From: Lishizhenia tianjinensis
GTDB taxonomy: Bacteria > Bacteroidota > Bacteroidia > Flavobacteriales_D > Crocinitomicaceae
Length of the DNA: 64,000 nt
Reading direction: 5' to 3'
NCBI GenBank assembly: GCA_945902115.1
Contig: CAMDLY010000003.1
Location: forward strand, 14,029-78,028
The notes under the pieces were generated by a model that saw only the letters and a list, made by a program, of their open reading frames with translations, searched no databases and was not told the DNA's origin. This document shows positions 9,370 through 18,651 of the stretch, in pieces. Position 1 is the first letter of the stretch. Every line of letters starts with the position of its first letter. Made by a program: the position numbers and the translations under genes.

Positions 9370-10998
9370 CTATTCTGCCGCGTAAACTTTTTCACCTGAG
9401 ATAAATGTCATCCATGAAAAATTCTCTTCGAATTGAGGTTTTGATTGCACTGGTTTTTCAAAAATGGCAAAATCTGCCCATTTTCCGGTCTCTAAAGTGC
9501 CCCTTTCCTTTTCTTGAAAAGCCGCAAAAGCTGCCCATATGGTCATGCCCTTCAACGTTTCGTTGAGGGTTAATGCTTCACCTTTCAGAAAGCCGTCAAT
9601 AGGCTCATTTTTAGCATTCATTCGTTGAACAGCAGCATGAATAGTTAAAAAAGGGTTAGTTAACTCTACGGGAAAATCTGTTCCTAATGCCAACATACCG
9701 TATTGCTTTATCAAGGTAGCATAGGCATATGCTCCTTTCAATCGGTTCTTCCCAATTCTATTTTCCACCCATCGCTGGTCAGAAACAGCATGCGTTGGCT
9801 GCACAGAGGGCATTACGCCATATTGCGAGAATTTGACAAAATCTTTCGGGTCAACAATTTGTGCATGTTCAATTCTGAATCGATGATCTTTTTTGACTTG
9901 ATATACCTTTCTGTAAAGCTCCAAGACCATTGCGTTCGCAGAGTCTCCGATACAATGCGTGTTCATTTGATAATCTAAATCCAAGGCTAAGAGCGCAATT
10001 CTCCGCATTTTTTTCATGTCGCTAACCAACAAACCGTGATGGTTATGATCGTCTTCATATGGTTTTTTAAGTAGTGCCCCCCGAGAACCGAGTGCTCCAT
10101 CTGCCATCACTTTAAAACTTCGAATGGATAAGTTTTTATAGGCGTAAATACCATTCTTCTTGGCAAAAGCGATATTTTCTTCACTGGGAACAAGCATCGC
10201 ATATACATTTAGTTTAAAGCCATTGTTATCAATTATATTTTTCAAAAAGGATATGTGCTGAAATTCTATTCCGGCTTCATGGACACCTGTAATACCGTAA
10301 GCAAATAATTCCTGTTGGATCGCAATTATGGTAGAAATTATGTCCTTATCACTAAATTTTGGTGAAAAATATTCAACCAGAGACATAGCATTGTCGACTA
10401 ATAAACCAGTCAAACGGCCATTTGAAGTATGAATTTTCCCTCCTTCTACTTTGCTATTAACGGTTATACCTGCTTTTTTTAATAAAAAATCATTCGCAAT
10501 GAGTGCATGACCGTCCACGCGATATAAGCAGACAGGCACATCAGGAAATAACTCATTAAGCAGTTCATTTGTTGGCATTTCACTCGTACCCCATAATGAC
10601 TGATCCCATCCTCTTCCAATAATGAAATTTCTCTTTGTTTTTTTTCTGTATTCTTCACACGCCGTCAATAACTCCTTCATCGAGGATAAACCGAATAAAT
10701 TGACTGATAATTTCTGTTGTGCATATGAAAATAAATGTCCGTGAGCATCGGTAAATCCCGGATAGATATCTCTGCCGCCAGCATCAATAATTTCATCCGC
10801 ATGATATTTGTTCAAAATTTGTCTATCAGGCCCTATCTCCACAATTTTACCCTCTGAGATTGCCATCGCTTGTTGAACATTTTCTCCATCTACCATTGTA
10901 TGGATTGAAGCATTGTGGATTATTCGGTCCACCGTCTCCCCTTTCATACATGAGGACAATAATACTAGACTAAAAAAAGAAAGGATAAAAAGCTTCAT
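9370..10998 (-). CDS. amidohydrolase family protein (Amidohydro_3 / YtcJ-like), secreted or lipoprotein
   Basis: 542 aa with a signal peptide ending LLSSC. It has the metal-binding motif GFTDAHGH and a C-terminal GTDFP. Confidence 0.75.
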   Translation of the reverse strand: MKLFILSFFSLVLLSSCMKGETVDRIIHNASIHTMVDGENVQQAMAISEGKIVEIGPDRQILNKYHADEIIDAGGRDIYPGFTDAHGHLFSYAQQKLSVNLFGLSSMKELLTACEEYRKKTKRNFIIGRGWDQSLWGTSEMPTNELLNELFPDVPVCLYRVDGHALIANDFLLKKAGITVNSKVEGGKIHTSNGRLTGLLVDNAMSLVEYFSPKFSDKDIISTIIAIQQELFAYGITGVHEAGIEFQHISFLKNIIDNNGFKLNVYAMLVPSEENIAFAKKNGIYAYKNLSIRSFKVMADGALGSRGALLKKPYEDDHNHHGLLVSDMKKMRRIALLALDLDYQMNTHCIGDSANAMVLELYRKVYQVKKDHRFRIEHAQIVDPKDFVKFSQYGVMPSVQPTHAVSDQRWVENRIGKNRLKGAYAYATLIKQYGMLALGTDFPVELTNPFLTIHAAVQRMNAKNEPIDGFLKGEALTLNETLKGMTIWAAFAAFQEKERGTLETGKWADFAIFEKPVQSKPQFEENFSWMTFISGEKVYAAE

Positions 10999-11004
10999 AC
11001 GTCT

Positions 11005-13803
11005 TTAAAATGGGTAGCCAATACCAAAATTCAATATCGGAACAAAGGGTTTGGGCATTAGTTTATATTCTTTTATATATATCCACGAATCATCCAAGCT
11101 TGGCGACGTAGTGACATTAGGATTATCTGCCATATATAAATCAAGTGCCTTTTGCCCATAATTGGCGATTCCCTCCTGATAGTAAGAGGATCTATTGAAG
11201 AGGTCTTTGAAATACCATTTATTGGTTCCTGATAGTGCGGGATTATAAATGGGTAATCCAAGATCTAATCGAAAAACAAAAAAATCAAAATCGAAACGAA
11301 TACCAACTCCGACAGAAAGCGCTATTTCTTTGTAGAAACTCGACAAATTAAATTGAGAACCAGGTCTTTTTTCGTCCTGTTTATATGTCCAAATGTTTCC
11401 TGCATCTGCAAACAGGGCACCTTTAAAAAACCCACCCATTGTAAAACGGTATTCCAAGGAAGTCATAAAGCGAATATCACCCGTTTGGGTTGGTAAGCGG
11501 GAAGAGTCAAGGTGATAAGCATAGGCGCCAGGACCTAGAGTTCTCGCTCGGTAACCACGTATATCATTTGATCCTCCAGCAAAAAAACTATAATCATATG
11601 GCATCGATGTCACTGAATTCAAATAAGGTATTCCACCCCCTGCGTTTGCTTTAAAGTGTAAAGATGATTTTTTCTTGTATTTTTTACTTAAAATATATTG
11701 ATTGTCAATTCTAATAAATTGTGAATACGGGACATTTAAAAATTGATAGGAGCCCTGACTATTAATTGTTTGAAGAGATCGAAATCCCCGTAACATGTTT
11801 CCTGCTGCATCAATGGTTGTTTGAAAATAGATCGATGCATTGAAAAGAGGTTTTTTTCTCTTTGTTGTCTCCCAATCTCGCTCACCATTATTGTACTCCC
11901 AACTAAATTTAAAATCCTGCCAAATAAACTGTTTACTGTAGGTATTCCTAAAAAATGGGTCGTCAACCGTATTTAAATAATTCTCAAAATCACCTTTGGA
12001 GTCAAAGAGTACATATTTAATAGATGATAAACCCGGAAGACCAATCTGGAATATCTGCGTTTTACCAACATAGAATTTCCAATAACTTGAGAACTGGAAA
12101 ACCTGTCGATCGAAAATAGAACGTTTTTCAAGGTTATAAGAGGTTGATATTACCGTTCTAGGGCGTTGTCTTTTTGTTAATCTAGTGATAGGAATTGGTA
12201 ATAATCCGGGAGTATCGAATTTAATGGAAGGACCTATTTCTAAGGTATTAAAAAACTGATCTCTCTCATCCGTATTTGCTTTTGTTTGCGACTCAAAGCC
12301 ACCACCGAAAGAAAACGTCAATTTCTGAGCACCTCTCGCAACATTCTTATTGGAATAATTTAACGCTGCCGAAAGACCCAATAATCCACTGGTATTCGTT
12401 GTAAATCTAGGGTCAAAACCAAAAGAGTGCTTTTTAGAAGGCTCTAAGAAATAATGAACATCTACAATGTTTTGTGTTTTTGTTTCGCCAACATCCAGAA
12501 TGATTGGTTTTACATTATCGAAGACACCCAATAACTGAAAACTCCTGTATGATCTCTCTAAATATTTCTCTTTATATATATTTCGATGCTCTAAATAATT
12601 TTGCAGTGACAAAAGCTCGGGTTTAATCCAAGGTTTATCCCCATTATATTTCAACATGATTTCCATGTAAGGATCTGGATCACCCTGCTTTAAATCTGGG
12701 AAATTTTTTAAACGCGCTTTTGAGGCTTTGATTCTGTCGTAATATTGTTCATTCGTAGTTACCAAAAATTGAGGTGCAATAGGATCTTTCTTATCTTTTC
12801 CATTCAATTCTTTGGAAAAATCTCCTTTCACATTTATTGAATCTGCTAAATGAATGTAGACGTTTCTAATTTGTGTTGATTTAAGTGACAACTTATTTAA
12901 ACTATCACTTTTCTGTTTATCAGTCAAGGAAGGATCAACATTGAAAATTAGTTTTAAATGAACTTTCATTTCCCGAGTATTTGTATCCAATTCATAAACC
13001 GTATTGGACGCAAAAAACTTGTAAAAACCTCTGTCTTTCATGTATCTCGAGAAATCGTTTCTATGCTCATCAAGCATTTCAACATCCAAAAATTTACCCA
13101 GAAGAGGTTCTTCACCGTTGGACTCTTTCTGATTTTTTGAAAATATCTTGTGTGCAGATTTCGCAGAAATATTTCCTGCATAGCTTAATGAATCTATTAC
13201 ATATGGGAGTCCTGTTTTGACTGTATATAATGGATAAGCGTATCTTTTTTTATCATTTTTTTCAACCGAAACTGTCACATCGGCGTAATAGAATCCTTTT
13301 TTTCTAAGAAACAATCTCATTTGTTCTTGCGTCTTTCGCACCAATATAGTATCCAATACAACAGGATTCTGACCATATTTATATTTAATTGTTTCACCAA
13401 AAGAAATTTTGGTGTAAACAGTATCGCGAAGTATTTTTGGTTTATAGGTCGGTTTGCCTTTTGAAATCGCCTTATCCCTTCTTTTTTCATTTATTTTAAG
13501 GAACTTGATTCTCTTTTCATTTAACTTAATCGAAAATTCATCCAACTTTTTTATTCTCTTAACGGCTAATGAAGTTGAGTCGTATAAATTAAAGAGATGA
13601 AGACGTATGGGTATACCGATGAATTTTTGATTAGGCTGTTGGCGAAGGACGTATTCAATATCTTCTAGCAAAATAGCATGATTATTCAAGGAAATTTTAT
13701 TCTTTTTTAGTAAATAAGAATTCTCAGGAATGAATTTAGATTGCCTACATGCTGTAATCAGCAGTAAAATATGTAAGAATAATATTACTTTAGCATGTTT
13801 CAT
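11005..13803 (-). CDS. BamA/TamA-family outer membrane beta-barrel protein
   Basis: About 930 aa with a C-terminal barrel ending in the aromatic tail NFGIGYPF. I moved the start to the internal ATG (MKHAKVILFL, signal-like) because the longer ORF would overlap the trmH-like start. Confidence 0.7.
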   Translation of the reverse strand: MKHAKVILFLHILLLITACRQSKFIPENSYLLKKNKISLNNHAILLEDIEYVLRQQPNQKFIGIPIRLHLFNLYDSTSLAVKRIKKLDEFSIKLNEKRIKFLKINEKRRDKAISKGKPTYKPKILRDTVYTKISFGETIKYKYGQNPVVLDTILVRKTQEQMRLFLRKKGFYYADVTVSVEKNDKKRYAYPLYTVKTGLPYVIDSLSYAGNISAKSAHKIFSKNQKESNGEEPLLGKFLDVEMLDEHRNDFSRYMKDRGFYKFFASNTVYELDTNTREMKVHLKLIFNVDPSLTDKQKSDSLNKLSLKSTQIRNVYIHLADSINVKGDFSKELNGKDKKDPIAPQFLVTTNEQYYDRIKASKARLKNFPDLKQGDPDPYMEIMLKYNGDKPWIKPELLSLQNYLEHRNIYKEKYLERSYRSFQLLGVFDNVKPIILDVGETKTQNIVDVHYFLEPSKKHSFGFDPRFTTNTSGLLGLSAALNYSNKNVARGAQKLTFSFGGGFESQTKANTDERDQFFNTLEIGPSIKFDTPGLLPIPITRLTKRQRPRTVISTSYNLEKRSIFDRQVFQFSSYWKFYVGKTQIFQIGLPGLSSIKYVLFDSKGDFENYLNTVDDPFFRNTYSKQFIWQDFKFSWEYNNGERDWETTKRKKPLFNASIYFQTTIDAAGNMLRGFRSLQTINSQGSYQFLNVPYSQFIRIDNQYILSKKYKKKSSLHFKANAGGGIPYLNSVTSMPYDYSFFAGGSNDIRGYRARTLGPGAYAYHLDSSRLPTQTGDIRFMTSLEYRFTMGGFFKGALFADAGNIWTYKQDEKRPGSQFNLSSFYKEIALSVGVGIRFDFDFFVFRLDLGLPIYNPALSGTNKWYFKDLFNRSSYYQEGIANYGQKALDLYMADNPNVTTSPSLDDSWIYIKEYKLMPKPFVPILNFGIGYPF

Positions 13804-13830
13804 TAAGATAGGACAAAAATAAGCAAAGGA

Positions 13831-14568
13831 TTGAAAATACTTACACAAGAGAAAATAAAGTGGCTCAAAGGTCTTCATCTGAAGAAAAATAGATCACAAG
13901 AAAAGTGTTTTTTCGTAGAAGGAAGAAAGATGCTCCAAGAAGCATTAGAATTTGCAAGAGAGCAAATCAGTTGTATAGTTACAATGGATGCTGAAATATC
14001 CGTTGAATCCCTCGAGACGTTCGATATTTTTCATTGTACCCAGAAACAAATGAGTCAAATATCTTATTTAACAACTCCTTCAGACTATTTCATTGTGTTA
14101 AATCAGGCAACTGTTGATCAATCTGCTGGTAATGATAAAATTTTATTACTTGATGGTATTCAAGACCCTGGTAATTTAGGCACTATAATTAGAACATGTG
14201 ATTGGTTCGGTGTAAAGAAAATTATTTGCTCACCGGAAACTGTGGAGCAATATAATCCAAAAGTGATCCAAGCAACGATGGGATCTATATTCAGAATCCA
14301 ACTTTTTTATACGGATTTAGTTGATTTCGTAAAGAATGCCAACTTAAGTTTTTTGTTAACGGGCATGAACGGCGAGTCAATTCATGAAAAAAGTGAGGTT
14401 CTAAACAATATAAATGGCGTTGTTATTGGAAATGAAGGACGAGGAATCAGTAACGCGCTAAGAGAATACATTAAAGACGAAATCGCCATTCCTAAAATTG
14501 GAAATTCAGATTCTTTAAATGCTGCCGTATCCGCAGGAATTATACTTTCCTACTGGACAAAAAAATAA
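13831..14568 (+). CDS. TrmH/SpoU-family RNA 2'-O-methyltransferase
   Basis: 245 aa with the SpoU motifs DGIQDPGNLGTIIR and VIGNEGRGIS. The TTG start is supported by the conserved N-terminal substrate-binding region (IKWLKGLHLKKNR...FFVEG) lying upstream of the first ATG. Confidence 0.85.
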   Translation: MKILTQEKIKWLKGLHLKKNRSQEKCFFVEGRKMLQEALEFAREQISCIVTMDAEISVESLETFDIFHCTQKQMSQISYLTTPSDYFIVLNQATVDQSAGNDKILLLDGIQDPGNLGTIIRTCDWFGVKKIICSPETVEQYNPKVIQATMGSIFRIQLFYTDLVDFVKNANLSFLLTGMNGESIHEKSEVLNNINGVVIGNEGRGISNALREYIKDEIAIPKIGNSDSLNAAVSAGIILSYWTKK

Positions 14569-14604
14569 AAGTTAAATATTTCATTGTGAAAGAGAAAAAG
14601 AGCG

Positions 14605-14612
14605 TAATTTTG
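14605..14612 (+). promoter_or_regulatory. -7 promoter box TAATTTTG
   Basis: Exact TAnnTTTG match, 17 nt upstream of the helicase ATG at 14630. Confidence 0.45.
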
Positions 14613-14629
14613 CCAATTCGCCATTCTCT

Positions 14630-16141
14630 ATGATTGATACGGACTTATACAAAGCTAAAGAATTATACCCATTTCAAGTAGACACAGTCTTTTCAATTCT
14701 TGCTGAGCTAGAAGCAAACGGCAACGATTTTAATTTACTCTATCAATTGCCTACTGGCGGAGGTAAAACTGTTATCTTTTCGGATATTGCCAAAAAATAT
14801 ATCGCGAAATGGAATAAGAAAGTCCTAATTCTTACTCACCGCATTGAATTAAGCGTTCAAACTTCGAAGCAACTTTCAGCAATTGGTGTCAATAATAAAG
14901 TAATTAGTTCTGAGGTAAAAAACCTAAACGATCAAGATGATTACGATTGCTTTATCGCAATGGTCGAAACCTTAAACAATAGATTAAATGAAAACCAGAA
15001 TTTTGTCGAAGATGTCGGGTTAGTAATAGTTGATGAAGCACACTACAACAGCTTTAGAAAAATATTTCAATACTACAATGGGAGAAATATTTTAGGCGTA
15101 ACGGCTACTCCTTTGAGCAGTAATAAAGCTCTTCCTCTGAAAGACCATTATAATAAATTATTGGTTGGCGAATCAATATCTGGATTGATAGAAAAAGGAT
15201 ATTTATCAGCTGCGGAGACCTATTCATACGATGTGAATCTACACGGATTAAAAATCGGAACAAATGGCGATTTCACAATCAGCAGTTCAGACATATTATA
15301 CAGCAATTATTTCATGCAAGAAAAATTAATTTTTGCCTACGAAGAGGTTGCCATAGGACACAAGACATTGATTTTTAACGCAGGTATCGAAACATCTAGA
15401 CGTGTGGAAGAAGTTTTTAAGAAACGGAAATATAATATTCGTCATTTAGACTCGACATTTAGCGACAAGGACAGAAAGGATGTACTTCATTGGTTTAAGT
15501 ATACTCCCGATGCAATCCTTACTTCAGTTGGGATATTGACAACTGGATTTGACGAGCCAACCGTAAAAACAATCATCATTAACAGAGCAACACGATCGTT
15601 AACCCTCTATCACCAGATGATTGGAAGGGGATCACGTCGCCTGCCAGATAAAAAAGATTTTACAATTATCGATCTTGGAAACAACGTTAAAAGATTTGGA
15701 TTTTGGCAGGACTACATCAACTGGCATGATGCATTCCGATTTCCTGATAGATTTTTGGAATCGAGAATTTCAGAATTGGAAGATATGGAATTTGAGGTTG
15801 AATTTGAGTTTCCCAAGGGATTTGAGAAAATAATAGACATAAATATATTAGAGTCTTTTAATATCAAAGAATGTTATTTGGAGTGTATTGAGCGAGGTAA
15901 AAAGGGAAAACTCGCTGTAGAAAAGTCTTTAGACAATCATTATCAGGCAATCTCACTCACAGCCAAAAACTTAGACCATGCTCTCGCATTGCAAAAATCG
16001 CTTCAAGATCATATAGAACACCGCGTCAAACAATATACAAAGTGTATTTCAAAGAGTACAGAAAACTACATGAAGTATTTGTTAGAGACTTACAATAGGC
16101 AACTGAGTCAAAAGTTGAGGTTGGAGGTACAAGATTCATAG
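14630..16141 (+). CDS. SF2 DEAD/DEAH-box helicase (ResIII-type)
   Basis: 503 aa with Walker A LPTGGGKT, DEAH (VIVDEAHY), TATP and QMIGRGSR. The C-terminal ~150 aa carry no motif I recognise. Confidence 0.8.
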   Translation: MIDTDLYKAKELYPFQVDTVFSILAELEANGNDFNLLYQLPTGGGKTVIFSDIAKKYIAKWNKKVLILTHRIELSVQTSKQLSAIGVNNKVISSEVKNLNDQDDYDCFIAMVETLNNRLNENQNFVEDVGLVIVDEAHYNSFRKIFQYYNGRNILGVTATPLSSNKALPLKDHYNKLLVGESISGLIEKGYLSAAETYSYDVNLHGLKIGTNGDFTISSSDILYSNYFMQEKLIFAYEEVAIGHKTLIFNAGIETSRRVEEVFKKRKYNIRHLDSTFSDKDRKDVLHWFKYTPDAILTSVGILTTGFDEPTVKTIIINRATRSLTLYHQMIGRGSRRLPDKKDFTIIDLGNNVKRFGFWQDYINWHDAFRFPDRFLESRISELEDMEFEVEFEFPKGFEKIIDINILESFNIKECYLECIERGKKGKLAVEKSLDNHYQAISLTAKNLDHALALQKSLQDHIEHRVKQYTKCISKSTENYMKYLLETYNRQLSQKLRLEVQDS

Positions 16142-16162
16142 AATAATTGTAATTTTAGTTTC

Positions 16163-17617
16163 ATGATAAAACACCTTCTAAGTTTCCTTATTTTTTTCTT
16201 ACCCATTTTAGTCCTTGGACAAGATAAAAAAATAAAAGCCTACTTGGATTCAAAACAATTTTATTCTCCAGAGATTGGTAATTACATGGAGTTTTATCTC
16301 CAATTTTCAGGGTCTACTGCGAAATATGTGACGGATTCTACTGGCTTCAAAGCTAAACTAGCACTATCTTATCAAATAAAATTACTAGATAGCTTGCTTA
16401 AAAGAGATGCCTACATATTGGAATCTCCTCATGCCAAAGACAGTGTTCAAGAAGATTTCTATGACATCAAACGTTTTGCCCTTCCTCCTGGGGAGTATGA
16501 CTTAGTATTAGATATCGTGGATTTAAATCGCGAAAAATCCGCCATTCATGCGTCCCAAAAATTTGAAATCAAAGACCTATCCAAGTCCATTTCAATTTCT
16601 GACCTTGAAATTGCGGAATTGGCCTATCCTTCTGATAAAGGAAGTGTTTTTGAGAAATCAGGTTTATATATAGTACCGCTTATTAGTACTTTTTTTCCAA
16701 GCGACCTCAATAAAATTCCCTACTACCTCGAAATTTATAATACTCAATCACTTGCCGACACCTCAGTGGCATTGGTTCAAAAAATAATCAATTCTTCCAC
16801 CGGTTTGGAAATGGAGAACTTTACTTATGCTGAACTTATAAAAACAGCTCCCGTTATCCCATATTTTCGAGCTGTTGATATTACGGACTTAAAAACGGGC
16901 TCGTATATCTTGGAAATGAGTGTACTTAACAAAAATATGATAAGTATATGTAGTTCTAGCTACGCGTTCGAACGGTCAAATGACGAGCTTGAAGAATTTA
17001 ATATTGAAACAGTAAGCCTAGACCCATCTTTCCAAAAATCGATTTCAAAAGATAGTGTTCAATATTTTCTAGCTAGCTTGATACCCATAGCCCGGCCTGC
17101 AGAAACGAAAAATATTTTAGCTTCATTGAAATTCAAAAATGAGGAGAAATCGAGAAAACATATCCAAGCGTTTTGGATGCAAATTTCTTCAACAAAAGGT
17201 GGTAAAGCATATGATGAGTGGTTGAAATATAAATTGCAAGTGAATATGGTGGAGCGATTATATCGAACTAATTTTCAAGATGGGTTCGAAACAGATAGAG
17301 GTAGAGTTTACTTAAAATACGGTGCACCGAGCACTATTATTTCAAAAGAGGTTTCGGCCTCAGAGTATCCTTACGAGATGTGGACTTATGATAAAATTGG
17401 CATCTACAGTAACAGAAGGTTTCTGTTCTATAACCCAGACTTGGTAAATAACGTTTATCGTCTACTTCATTCCGATGTGCTTGGCGAGCGAAAAACACCG
17501 GGTTGGGCGCAAGTACTCTCGTCGAGAAATACGAACCAAGGCAATGTGGATAATCCTAATCAATTTGTTACACCAAGTGTAGGAAATAACAGTCAGGACT
17601 TTTTCAGGCAATATTGA
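16163..17617 (+). CDS. GWxTD domain-containing protein
   Basis: 484 aa with a signal peptide. The C-terminal motif GFETDRGRVYLKYGAPS...YEMWTY matches the GWxTD signature. Confidence 0.6.
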   Translation: MIKHLLSFLIFFLPILVLGQDKKIKAYLDSKQFYSPEIGNYMEFYLQFSGSTAKYVTDSTGFKAKLALSYQIKLLDSLLKRDAYILESPHAKDSVQEDFYDIKRFALPPGEYDLVLDIVDLNREKSAIHASQKFEIKDLSKSISISDLEIAELAYPSDKGSVFEKSGLYIVPLISTFFPSDLNKIPYYLEIYNTQSLADTSVALVQKIINSSTGLEMENFTYAELIKTAPVIPYFRAVDITDLKTGSYILEMSVLNKNMISICSSSYAFERSNDELEEFNIETVSLDPSFQKSISKDSVQYFLASLIPIARPAETKNILASLKFKNEEKSRKHIQAFWMQISSTKGGKAYDEWLKYKLQVNMVERLYRTNFQDGFETDRGRVYLKYGAPSTIISKEVSASEYPYEMWTYDKIGIYSNRRFLFYNPDLVNNVYRLLHSDVLGERKTPGWAQVLSSRNTNQGNVDNPNQFVTPSVGNNSQDFFRQY

Positions 17618-18651
17618 TGTTTGAGAAAGAAATAGCAATTGTCATTTTAAATTTCAATGGTTCTCTCCATTTGAAAACATTTTTACCTTCGGTAATTGAG
17701 CATTCCCATTCGGCAACAATTTATGTGATTGACAATGGAAGTACTGACGATTCCATTCAAGTTATCGAAAACGAATTTCCAACTATTCATGTGATTCAAA
17801 ATGAGAAAAACTTTGGATTTGCGGGAGGATATAACGAAGGGTTATCCCAGATAAAGGAAGCTTTCCCATTCTTTGTTTTATTAAATTCAGATGTAGAAGT
17901 TACTGCTAATTGGTTAACTCCACTTCATGAAACTATGAAAAAGGAATTTAGCTGTATTGCTGTTCAACCTAAAATACTATCATACAGCGATAAAAATTCT
18001 TTTGAACATGCGGGCGCTGCTGGAGGATATATTGACAAGCATTACTTTCCATTTTGTAGAGGGAGGATTTTTGATACTATTGAAAAAGATAATTCTCAAT
18101 TCAATAGCCCCAAAGAAGTCGCCTGGACCTCAGGTGCTGCAATGATGGTAAGAGCTAAGGAATTTGTTGAAATTGGGGGATTTGATGCTGATTTTTTCGC
18201 TCACATGGAGGAAATTGATTGGTGTCTGCGTGCAAAAGCCTATGGATATACTCTCTCGTTTTGTCCTGAAAGCACCGTATTTCATTTGGGAGGTGGAACA
18301 ATGCCTTATGAAACTTCATTTAAAGTCTATCTAAATTTTAGGAACAATTTAACGATGATCATTAAAAATCACCAAGGATTTCTTTTTCCGTTATTATATG
18401 CTAGAATGTCCTTAGATGGAATAGCAGCTTTCAAATTTCTTTTGAGTGGAAAACCAAGCTTATTATGGGCAGTTTTTAAAGCACACATGTATACCTATAA
18501 AAATTTAGGTAGAAATCTGCATAAACGAAAAGCTATTCAACACAAAAAGAAACAATCCCTGCTACTTTTCAAAGGAAGTATTTTATGGGATTATTTTATT
18601 CTTAAAAATCGTACTTATTATAAACTGAATAAACGAAGATTTAAGCAATGA
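17617..18651 (+). CDS. glycosyltransferase family 2
   Basis: Motifs AIVILNFNG, VIDNGSTDDS and LNSDVEV. I placed the start at the ATG overlapping the upstream TGA (TGATG); the ORF track starts 3 nt earlier at a TTG. Confidence 0.8.
   Translation: MFEKEIAIVILNFNGSLHLKTFLPSVIEHSHSATIYVIDNGSTDDSIQVIENEFPTIHVIQNEKNFGFAGGYNEGLSQIKEAFPFFVLLNSDVEVTANWLTPLHETMKKEFSCIAVQPKILSYSDKNSFEHAGAAGGYIDKHYFPFCRGRIFDTIEKDNSQFNSPKEVAWTSGAAMMVRAKEFVEIGGFDADFFAHMEEIDWCLRAKAYGYTLSFCPESTVFHLGGGTMPYETSFKVYLNFRNNLTMIIKNHQGFLFPLLYARMSLDGIAAFKFLLSGKPSLLWAVFKAHMYTYKNLGRNLHKRKAIQHKKKQSLLLFKGSILWDYFILKNRTYYKLNKRRFKQ

Noticed and set aside
13804-13878. A 25-codon N-terminal extension of the BamA/TamA-like ORF
   Set aside because: It would overlap the divergent trmH-like start. 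The internal ATG at 13803 is followed by a typical signal sequence.
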